Origin: Octopus vulgaris
Lineage: Eukaryota
DNA: 64,000 bases
Reading direction: 5' to 3'
Assembly (NCBI GenBank): GCA_951406725.2
Contig: OX597819.1
Span: 47,926,001-47,990,000 of the forward strand
The notes beneath the pieces were generated by a model. It saw only the letters and a list, made by a program, of their open reading frames with translations. It did not search any database and was not told where the DNA came from. The translations under genes and the position numbers were made by a program. This document shows positions 53,673 to 64,000 of the stretch, in pieces. The stretch's first letter is position 1; each line of letters starts with the position of its first letter.

Positions 53673-55549
53673 ATTTCTTAGTATTAATTTGTGGATGTAG
53701 ATATAGCTGAGAGGCTAATAAGTTCAGTTTGAAACCATGAAATCAATCCTATTGCAGGCATCTTGAGCAAGTGTCTTTACCAAATCCTCAGATCAGTCCA
53801 AGTCTTGTGAGTGAATTTAGATAGACAGAAAGTGTATAGAAGCTCATCAGATGGATTGTACATGTAATTCAACAGTTTAGCCTTGTCAGTCTAATCCTAC
53901 CTGAGAATTATGTTAAGGGTACATGTAAATGGCATACTCAGCCATTTCACTAGCTAATCTAATGAACGGGTTATCAAGTTGATTGAGTATATGGAGGCAG
54001 ATACAATTAAAACGAATGGGAGAACCTGCTTTTAGCTCGAAGAACAATGTTTATTCCATGTTTTATTGGTGATAGAAACTTTTTCCTGTCTCTTTTATTT
54101 CTTTTCACATATTAATTTTGAATATATAACTCATAAAATATATTACTAAAAATATAGCGACTAAGAGGAAACATAGCATAGAGGTAAATGTTTCTAAAAG
54201 CAACTACATCTAGCATAGAAATTTCATCCCCACCCCCATTGATCTTTTCATCCACCTGATTTTCATGGAATCAAATACTCTGATCTCCTAATATACTGCA
54301 AATCCCTCATTTTCATTTAGAAAAAAAGGGGGTGGGGCGAGGGGGAATTATCCTGGAATCATTGGGAATTTTTTTTTGTTGAATGAATTCCAGTGGCCTC
54401 CTAATATGCTACAAAATCCCTTTTTGGGGTAAAAAAAAACTCCCCAGGGTGGGGTGAGATGCAAGCCTCAAAAATTTTACCCATTCCCAACATTTTACAG
54501 AAGTAAATTTTCCAGAGTGTGACTTACAAGGTTTGTTATTAAAAAAAAAGAAAATCCCAGATCACTTCTATTGAGACAGATGAAATAATAGCATAAAAAC
54601 TGAAGTCGCAGTTTATCACAAGTCAGTTATTTTGTCCACATATGGAAGATGGTTAAAACTATGCTAGGAAATGAAGCAGAACAAGAAATAATGAAAATTC
54701 TCTACTCACATATTACATTTTATAGACAAATTATGAATCTCAGAAAATGAATGGAAGAAATGTAACAATACATGTTTTACTTTGCAAGCTGATGAATTTA
54801 CTCACACTTTACTCTCCACCTCCTCTTCAGTTTTCATTTCTCTTTCTTTTTCCCTTTCTCCCCCAGTTTCTCTCTCCTACTACTTCCTATCTATGTATGG
54901 AGCTCATATTGTCTTGTGTTCTCCATCAGTAGCAGCCAATTTCTCAAATCTAGTGGATTTAAAACATAACTGTCTTTTTCTTCCCTCCTATTTTTATTAC
55001 CCTGAAGAGGGAGTCTGAAACATTAGATACTCTACACCCAACAGCAATTTCACTACATTCTTTCTGTTACTTTCTTCAAACAATAACTTAAATTCCTTCT
55101 AATAAACTGATTACATATCAGAAAAGGAAAAATGTTATTTGGAAAACTAGAAGTAAAGATGGTAACATTGAAATGTTTTCTTTAATATGTAAAGCAATTG
55201 TTGAAGAAATGATTCCTAATATAGAGCATATGATCAGTCTATTTTCCTCCATTAAACACAAATGTTTATAATTTGGTTCAAAACACATTTACAGGAATTT
55301 TATCTAATATAGGTTTGAAATCATCTTTAGAAGGTGTTATATATATATATATATATATATATAGGAGAGTATTGTAAGCAGTCATGAGATTAAAACTGAG
55401 GATGTAACATTACCTACTGACACATTTGAGATGTTTATTAGAATATCATTCAGTTACTGAAAGAGATTTATCTATTTTGATTCACTTTCTACATCATATT
55501 TTTGTGAACTGGGATTTTCTGCACACACTAACATTAAATACAGAGAGGG

Positions 55550-55592
<43 letters not shown>

Positions 55593-56242
55593 CGACAGAA
55601 ACAGAGTTCTTTGTAATGAAGATGAAATGAGGGTATGTTTATCTCAAATATGACCAAATATAGAAAATGTCAAAAAACATCATTTTTCTTATTGATGAAT
55701 ATAGTTCATTTATTGAATATAGATGTAAATACTTAATCATCTGAAGTTTAAATTTATATTTATAGGCTAAAATATATTAAAAAAACTATTTCTTTACCAC
55801 GTCTTTTGAGTCTATACACAAGGTATATAAAAATATTTTTTTTATTTTCCCTTCAGTACAGCACACAAGTATTAAAGAATCACTGCTACTGAGAAAAGCT
55901 TTGTAGCCATCATCATCGTTTTAATGTCTACTTTCCCATGCTTGCATGGGTTGAAAAGAGCTAATTCAAAACAGATTTTCCACAGCTGAATGCTCTTCCT
56001 ATCACCAACCTCCACCTGTTTTCCAAGCAAGGTAATATTTCTCCACAGCCAGACATGTTCTTTTAGAATATTGGAAATAAATGACACAGCTTGTATGACA
56101 GTGACACTCAATTACAACTATCATGCAATGACAAGGCAAAAAGATACTAATATATACACACTCACACACATGCAGATACATAAATATGTGTATGCATGTA
56201 CACACACACATACGTACATACATACATACATACATACATACA

Positions 56243-56273
<31 letters not shown>

Positions 56274-56458
56274 GTACATACATACACACACAATGAGCTT
56301 CCTTCAGTTTCAGTAAACAAAATCCTTCTCACAAAGCCTTGATTGGTCTAGTGCTTCTATAGTAGAAGACATTTGCCAAAGGTCTCATGCATGGGACTGA
56401 ACTCAAGTTTCAGTCAATAAAAACCCTCTCACAAGGCTTTGGTTGGTCCCAGTGCTTC

Positions 56459-56688
56459 TTATTTCTTTATTGCCCACAAGGGGCTAAACATAGAGGGGCC
56501 AAACAAGGACAGACAAAGGCATTAAGTCGATTACATCGACCCCAGTGCGTAACTGGTACTTAATTTATCGACCCCGAAAGGATGAAGGCAAAGTTGACCT
56601 CGGTGGAATTTGAACTCAGAGCGTAAAGACAGATGAAATAGCACTAAGCATTTTGCCCAGTGTTCTAACATTTATGCCAGCTCACCGC
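56459..56688 (-). mobile_element. tRNA-derived SINE family C inserted into a family B SINE
   Basis: aaggctttggttgg(t)cccagtgcttct is duplicated on both flanks. Confidence 0.8.
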
Positions 56689-57849
56689 TTTATCATAAGG
56701 CTTTGGTTGGCCCAGTGCTTCTATAGTAAAAGACATTCGCCAGAGGTGTCACGCAGTGGAACTGAACTCAAAATTATTTGGTTGGGAATCAAACTTCTTA
56801 ACCACACAGCCATGTCTGTGCCTCTTGTAATGAATAGTTGACTAAGAAAATGACACTTCAAGAATATTATGGAACTCTAGCATAAAGACAGACTGACCAC
56901 CAGGAATCACAAAAGTCTGACATAATTTTGCATGACAAAAAAAATGGCAATAGTGTATTAATAACAGTCAACATTGCTATACCAAATGACTATAATGTTG
57001 TTGTGAAGTGAGCTGAGAAATCAAGAAATTTAATTAGCTTAGCTGTTGACTTGAAAACATGGCAGTTAAGGAATGTGTCTATTATCTTGTTTGCTTTTGG
57101 TACAACCACTTCTGTAAAGATACTGAGAAATTACACTTGAGAATAGATATAAAATAGCAATGTTAGATACTGTGAGGTCATTCTCACAATGAATTTGTTG
57201 ATCTTGATCATTTTAACAAATGTTTATTTAAAAGGAAAACAAAGAATCAACCTTTTTATTTTATGTAAGAAAGGAAATTCTTAATGTTTTTCTTAAATCA
57301 TGAACAATAAAAACATAACAATAAAGACTTCTAACATTGGCAAAGGGTCCTCAAATTGGCAATCAATCCTTTAGCATTTAAGTTACTTTGTTCAGTGTAA
57401 AGCTCATTTATTGACATTGTTTTGAATTAATCATACATTACCTTGTAGTTTTGAGACTTCAATGATGTGATTGTTTATTTTAAGAATGACGTTGTAGGGT
57501 ATGTGTGAGAGACTTTTGTTGGCCTGGGGCTATAGTTGAAAACTCTTGCCTAAGGTACCATGCAGTGGGACTGAACCCAGAACTGTATGGTTGGGAAGCA
57601 AACTTCTTACCACACAGCTATGCATGTGCCTGTTAAAAATCAATATATTACCAAAGTGGCACCAAACATTCTATAATTATTGTGGTTTGGGTGCAGCTAG
57701 ATTTCTGTCACACCTGTCTTATTCATCTCTGCAGGTAACCCAGAATCACATAATCTAACATATCTTTGTTTAAGACAAATAAAGTATGATTTGAGGGAGA
57801 TTCGGCTGCTTATTCTGGCGAGTTGAGACTCCCTCGTTGTCTTGGTGTT

Positions 57850-58022
57850 CGCAGTGATTGTGATAGCGATGGTAGGGATGCTGATGATGCCAGTGATAGT
57901 GGGGACTGTGGTGGTGATGGTTAAAGTGGTGGGACTGGTGGTGGTGGTGTTGATAATGCTGAGAGTAATATTAGTGGTTGTGATCATGAGTATGAGAATG
58001 ATGGAGATGGTGGGAATGATGG

Positions 58023-58059
<37 letters not shown>

Positions 58060-58060
58060 A

Positions 58061-58122
<62 letters not shown>

Positions 58123-58195
58123 GGTGGCGGCGGTGGTGGCAGTGGCAGCAAAAGTGGTGGTGGTGGTGGTGGTGGTGACGACGATGAAGATGATT
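57850..58195. repeat. (GAT)n/(GGT)n degenerate trinucleotide tract
   Basis: Seen directly. Confidence 0.9.
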
Positions 58196-58966
58196 CTTTT
58201 GCACATATTAAAAAAAAATAAATACTTTATAATTAATTCTCCTCCTCCATGTACACCAACATCCAAACAGCTCACTTAAGTTTAGAGATAGTCTCCAGTG
58301 TGAGATGAAATATGCAAGTCTATGCAACAGTTATGTGTCTCCATATTATGCTATATCCATCAGTTCTGAGAATAGATAACATCTATGAAGCCATCTAGAC
58401 TTTTAGATATATATGCACTGGCTAACATACTGAATGCAACAATCACTCGAGGGAAATTTTCAAATGTTATCTCTCTATCTGTCTGTCTATTCTGTCTTTC
58501 CCTCTATCAACTGTGTGTGTATGTGTGTGTGTATGTGTGTGTGTGTGTGCATGTGTATACAATATATATTAGAAGAAAAGGACATAAAAAAACCAAGGTA
58601 GGACGAATATCTCAAGTCATCTATATATATAAAACTAAGAATGCTTGTGTGTGTGTGCATGCTCATCACTAAAACTCAAGAACTCCCAAACCAATTTCAT
58701 TCAAATTATACTCATGCCTTACTAAAGGTCCATGCAGTGTCATGGGCCAAAAAAATGTTCAACTTCTTGTCTAATGTGAGCCAGGAGCAATCTCTTATCT
58801 CTTACACTATTTCATTTTTGAAACAATAACATCTCTATTGTAATGTGAGATAATACATTCAGTTTTTAATACTTTTACTATTAATACTGTAAATATTAAA
58901 AGTGAAACTGTTATCTCACACACACACGCATGTGTGTGTATGTGTGTACATCTGCACTTATGTATG

Positions 58967-59001
<35 letters not shown>

Positions 59002-59569
59002 CCAGTTTTATCTTCAAACTAGTCAGCTCTGGCCTCTCATACCTACTATGCCATGTCATTTTAAAAATAAACAATCACATCATTGAAATCTCAAAGCTAT
59101 GAGATAATGTATAATTAATTTCAAATAATGTGAATAAATAAGAATTACATTTCATAGAGTAATCTGAATGCTAAAGGGTTAAGTTTTATGGTATTAAATT
59201 TGTACCCTTTATAGCTTTTGGCAGTCCTCAAACATTGTCATGTCAGCTCTCAGCATGTACAATACTTTTTATTTACCAACAGGAATTAAAAAGATCATGG
59301 TGTCATGTAAAAAGCACTGGTGCTGGTACCATGTAAAATGCACTGGTGATGGTACCATAGAAAAAGCACTGGTACCATGTAAAATGCACTGGTGATGGTG
59401 CATTTAAAAAGTACCCAGTACACTCTATAAAGTGGTTGGCATTAGGAAAGGCATACATCTGTAGAAATCAAGCCAAAACAGCTAGCTCCTGTCAAGCTCC
59501 TCAACTCATGCCAACATGGAAAATGGACACTAAATGATGATGATGATGAAGGTGAGAGGGTTATATTTC

Positions 59570-61060
59570 TTGAGCATCTAGTATATAACTAGCCATTAGT
59601 TAAGCCGTGTTTCTCAAAATGCAGTCCAGCAACCTTCAGTGTTTACCCTTGGGATTTATTGATTAACATGTTGAAGCTTAGACATTCTGCAAACTGCAGA
59701 CTTTTAAACTGAAAGAGCACATCTTATAGGTGGAATTTTGAGTGTAGTTGTATCTGTCTTTTGGTGCATCCATTGAAATTTGCAGTGACATGTGTTGCAA
59801 GCCACTTAGCCATCTGTTTTGTGCTATTGCACAGTTGTAACTGATCCGAATTATTGGTGATTCTGTTTTTAGCTGATGTCTGTCTAGCAGTAAATCTGAA
59901 GATTCCAATGGATTTTGTAATTCTATTGGATAATGAACTATTTCTTTCTGATTCATAACGGTGTCTGCTGATTTGTGGCTATGACTATTTCCTGAATATT
60001 CTTGTAACAGATGCCGGTTGTTACAGTTGCCCGAACATTTTTTTCTCCATACAGTCACTTGTGTGTTAGTTGAAAATTTTGCTGACCAAGGAATTTCTTT
60101 GATACTAAACTGCCTGGTATCTTAACCACTGCAATTATAGGAACTGTGTTCATGTTACCATTACTGTCAGAAAGATATTTCCCTCTTCAACTTGTAATAA
60201 ATTTGTTGCAAAATGACCAAACAATTGATCTTTAAAAATGTTTAATGGTCTTGTAGAAAGTTTGAAGATTTTAAGTTTGGTTCAAAGCAATGACATTTTA
60301 AGACAAGTATGACTTTTATACACCTTTCCTTTTGTTATCATTAGCAGAATCTGACTACTCCATCCATTTGAAATTTTTTGTCATGCAGTTCATGCAATGT
60401 CCTGTTCAGGGCCTCAAAAGTTCTCTTGTGAATAATAATACATTCATTCTAGGCAATCATTTGGTATCTAAAAACTTGTCTAGTTTCAGAATTCTTGGCA
60501 ATATTACAAACAGGAGAACCGTTTCTACCCAATTCCAAGAGGAGTTTGAAAGCACACTGTGCTGTAGAGCTCTCAGGAAGGAGTGTGGTAGTAATATCTG
60601 AACACACTATTGCAATAAGTTGACAGAGTTTGGTAAGCAATAGACTGATCAAGAAGTATTTTCAGTTACAATGTCAACAGGAAGGAAGAAAATTCCAGCC
60701 TCACATTGTCAAACTCTTTAAAAAATAGTAGAATAGTCTATTACTCTATCTTTCACAGTGAGTCTGTGTTCTTTGTCTTTTACATACACTATAAATGTTT
60801 CCACTTATATGATGCCTCTTTCAAAATTTCTGTTGTTAGACTATTGTCTTCAGTGCTGTTTAAGTAAGAGAAGCCATATTTTTGTAAGTTTTGGCCGTTT
60901 ATATCATTGAGTATGCTGATAAAGAATATCTCATTAATTTCATCTAAGAACTCTATTTCCCCTTCTGGGGCAAATCTGTTAAACTTGATGCTTAGACTCT
61001 TTGGCAGAGTCATTTTAGTTCTTCAACCAAAGCTGAAATAACTAGATGGCTCAGCATAGC
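59570..61060 (-). mobile_element. Helitron Rep/Helicase fossil (PIF1-type helicase part)
   Basis: Cross-frame peptides LISLLLTKL..IAIVCSDITTTLLPESSTAQCAFKL, KSADTV...VHYPIELQNPLESSDLLLDRHQLKTESPII and FQFKSLQF...INKSQG*TLKVAGLHFEK...G*LY..CSR match Helitron helicase motifs. Confidence 0.85.
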
Positions 61061-61289
61061 TTAACCTTTTTGATACCAACCCGGCTGAAACAGTTTCTGG
61101 CTCTGTAATACAAGTGTCTTGTTTTCATAAGTTTTGAATTAGAATCTCCCACCAAACCTTAGTCACAATATAAGTTCCTAACACTAGCTTAATGATAACT
61201 AAGTTATTTTACTAAATTCTTTGTTATATTTAAAATAACTGAAGGAAACACAGAGTATCTCAAAATAAATGCGTTAATGAAAGGGTTAA
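61061..61289. mobile_element. piggyBac-type MITE
   Basis: TTAA-CCTTTT...AAAGGG-TTAA termini. Confidence 0.7.
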
Positions 61290-61652
61290 AGATCCTAATG
61301 ATCTTTGGCTGTTTGTGATTAAAAAGCTCCTGACACTCTTCATCTTACTGGACATCATTTTTCAGTAATCCAGTTATAAAGCACATCACTCTGTAGTGCA
61401 AATTTTACCTTGAAATTAACTTGAACTTCCTATTTTATGAAGTCATAGAAAGAAACATTGATGTTGTCTGGCATGTACAGTATACTCTCTTTCAATGGCT
61501 CTATCAATATCCATGTAATGTTGGTCTCATGGTTTTTGCAAAGGAATATTACTGGAATAACTTTAAAAAAAGGTTGTAAGCATTATGTTTTTTTGGACTT
61601 TGCTATGCAACAGCTGCTTTGGTGAAGTAAACTCTTTGACCATTTTCTAAGT

Positions 61653-62045
61653 TAGTGGCTCATGACCATTTTTTGCCTTTGAACCCCTTTAATTCCTATT
61701 TTACTCACGTGGACCTTCTTAGCCATTCAATGTTTTTAAAAAATCCTGTTATATTTCTGTAATTAAATATTATAAGGAATTGTATTAAAAATTGCTAAAA
61801 TACTTTATCTATTGTAGAAATATAACCATTTATTGCACATAAACTTTATCTGTAAAATATTACAAGGGCCCTGTAAGCGCCATATGGATCCTAGTTGAGA
61901 ACCACTGTTAAACCTTATCTGTAAAATCTTATATGGGCCCTGCAAGCGCCACATGGATCCTGGTTGAGAACCACTGTTAAACCTTATCTGTAAAATCTTA
62001 TATGGGCCCTGCAAGCGCCACATGGATCCTGGTTGAGAACCACGG
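61653..62045. mobile_element. hAT-type MITE with right end triplicated as a 69-bp tandem repeat
   Basis: Degenerate left TIR tagtggctcatgacc. GTTGAGAACCAC(T/G)G ends at 61907, 61976 and 62045. Confidence 0.7.
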
Positions 62046-62544
62046 TTAAACTGAACAGCATGTTATTAAATGCTGGGGTATCTTTATGAATAGGAAAAAT
62101 CAAAGAGAGCTAGAAATTATAGCTGCTGTCAATGTATGATCCTTGATGAAATTGAACAGCTTCACTGCAGTTTCTTTGCTGCATCAGAACAAATGTTGCC
62201 ATGTCAGATCCTTTGACAAAGTATTTTCAGACATATTTGATGAACTTTATTGAATTACAAAGCTTGGCATTAATGTGTGTATCAGATATCTCAGTCAGGA
62301 GTGAGAAATAAGAATTATCAGCTGTTGTAAATTTTGTGCTGACTTACAAAGGTTTGGAAACCTCCATCTTTTTTTGTTACTCTTTGTAAGAGGGATTACT
62401 ACTTTTACAAGCTTGGGACCCCTTTGACAAAAGGGTTTAGGAAACTGTTTGGTATGTTTGATTTTGCATTTTTTCTTTCTCATAAAAGGTGATATCTTGT
62501 TTAGGGCACCACATGGATTAAGAACCACTTAGGTTTTGGCAAAT

Positions 62545-62652
62545 CTGGAGACCTCTTTCTCTCTGGAGACCTCTTTCTCCTTGGAGACCTCTTTCTCCCA
62601 GGAGACCTCTTTCTCCTCAGAGACCTCTTTATCCCTGGAGACCTTTCTCCTA
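62545..62652. repeat. 18-bp minisatellite (about 6 units, ctggagacctctttctcc)
   Basis: Seen directly. Translates on the minus strand to RKRSP.. or EKEVS.. repeats. Confidence 0.85.
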
Positions 62653-62972
62653 TCTGGAAGCTCTGTAAATGTGAAGGAATCAATTTGATAGAAATGAATC
62701 TTTTTGTAGACCAGATCGTGGCAGGTCCTGTTTTTCCATTGTATTATATGTGGAAACATCATTTTTTAGCCAATTTCTTGTAAAGAAAATGGCTACTACA
62801 TTTGGAACTTTACATCTACAAAACTTGTTTTCTTAAATGAATTAAAATCAGCTGCTATTTCATCAGCAGTTACCCTATACATTAATCAAGTTTCCTGTGA
62901 AAACTGTCACCTTGTTGCTGAATTTTTGAGGGAGGACAGAAAGAGAAAAGGAAGCAGAGAAGTGAAAACAGT

Positions 62973-63019
<47 letters not shown>

Positions 63020-63512
63020 GTGAGTGAGTAAGTGAAGTGGTATAAAAAGGAAGATACAAGAAAAAGAAACAGGAATAAATGACTGTAGATGGAGCCAGAG
63101 AGAATGGAAAGAAGAGAAGAGAAAGTTCATTTTATAGTATATGCTGTGAACTGATTGGTGATTGAAAAAAAAAAGGGTCAGCCAGTTTTAGAAACTAAAC
63201 TGTAAGCAGAACATATAAATGAAATGTGAACATTACAATCCCAATCTTAGGCAAGGTGTGCAGGGGGACAGGATCTTTGAATAAGAATTGGTAGGGAATG
63301 TTCAATCCTGTTCAATGTGTTTGATCTGGGAGCACATGGTCAGGGGTTTGGTCCCACTGCATGGATGCTGGCGGTTGGTGTCCTCTACTTTGTAGGTGAA
63401 ATGGGTAGATAGAAACTAAAGTGACCTATCATGTGTGTGTGCGCGTGTATACTTGTTTATGGTATATTCTTATACCTATAATGAATCTCTGCAAATATAT
63501 ATATATATATAT

Positions 63513-64000
63513 ATGCTACATGGTAGTGAAACATGGGCTGTGACTGCTGAGGATATGCGTAAGCTCGCAAGAAATGAAGCCAGTATGCTCCGATGGATGT
63601 GTAATGTCAGTGTTCATAATTGACAGAGTGTAAGTACCTTGAGAGAAAAGTTGGACCTAAGAAGCATCAGTTGTGGTGTGCAAGAGAGACGTTTGTGCTG
63701 GTATGGTCATGTGACGAGAATGGCTGAAGATAGTTGTGTGCAAAAGTGCCAAACCCTAGCAGTTGAGGGAACCTGTGGAAGAGGTAGACCCAGGAAAACC
63801 TGGGACGAGGTGGTGAAGCACGACCTTCGAACTTTAGGTCTCACCAAGGAAATGACTAGAGACCGAGACCTATGGAAGTATGCTGTGCGTGAGAAGACCC
63901 GGCAAGACTAGTGAGACCATAACCCGTGGCCTCTACCTGGTATGTAGCCAGTCGACTTATACATACCTTTCCTTCTTGGGACACAGAACTCCACTTGTGA
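63513..64000 (+). mobile_element. 5'-truncated RTE LINE 3' end (relatively young)
   Basis: MLHGSETWAVTAEDMRKLARNEASMLRWMC...RRLCWYGHVTRM...GRGRPRKTWDEVVKHDL...DRDLW with one internal stop. Starts in (TA)n; the 3'UTR runs to the window end. Confidence 0.9.

Noticed and set aside
55001-55026. CCTGAAGAGGGAGTCTGAAACATT, resembling the 43.5-kb hammerhead
   Set aside because: Stem II is reduced to 2 weak pairs and stem I is not supported. At best a decayed remnant, so it was not counted.
61839-62045. CRISPR-like regular repeats
   Set aside because: Head-to-tail tandem units with no unique spacers, in a eukaryotic context, and containing a hAT TIR.

Overview
AT-rich, microsatellite- and SINE-dense eukaryotic DNA. 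The repeat landscape looks like an octopod cephalopod (Octopus); this is my recognition, not a database result. The only securely identified gene is the 5' part of NOG1/GTPBP4 (nucleolar GTP-binding protein 1) on the minus strand: five coding exons between 10233 and 38, all GT-AG and in frame, ending at the P-loop GFPNVGKSS and continuing beyond the window's left edge. The remaining ~54 kb is mostly transposon-derived: several tRNA-SINE families, RTE-type LINE fossils, two mariner fossils, a Helitron helicase fossil, Tc1, hAT and piggyBac-type MITEs, two solo LTRs and microsatellites. Most ORF-track entries are repeat artefacts. The most interesting signal is seven minimal type-I hammerhead-ribozyme-like motifs of the Penelope-like element kind, in at least five different short elements, several with variant cores. 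One element (34747-35144) is bounded by a perfect 13-bp target-site duplication. It joins a tRNA-derived Pol III head, an (AAT)n spacer, a hammerhead motif and an inverted copy of its own 3' end, making it a candidate ribozyme-bearing SINE mobilised by Penelope-like elements. Coordinates were read by hand and repeat boundaries are approximate.
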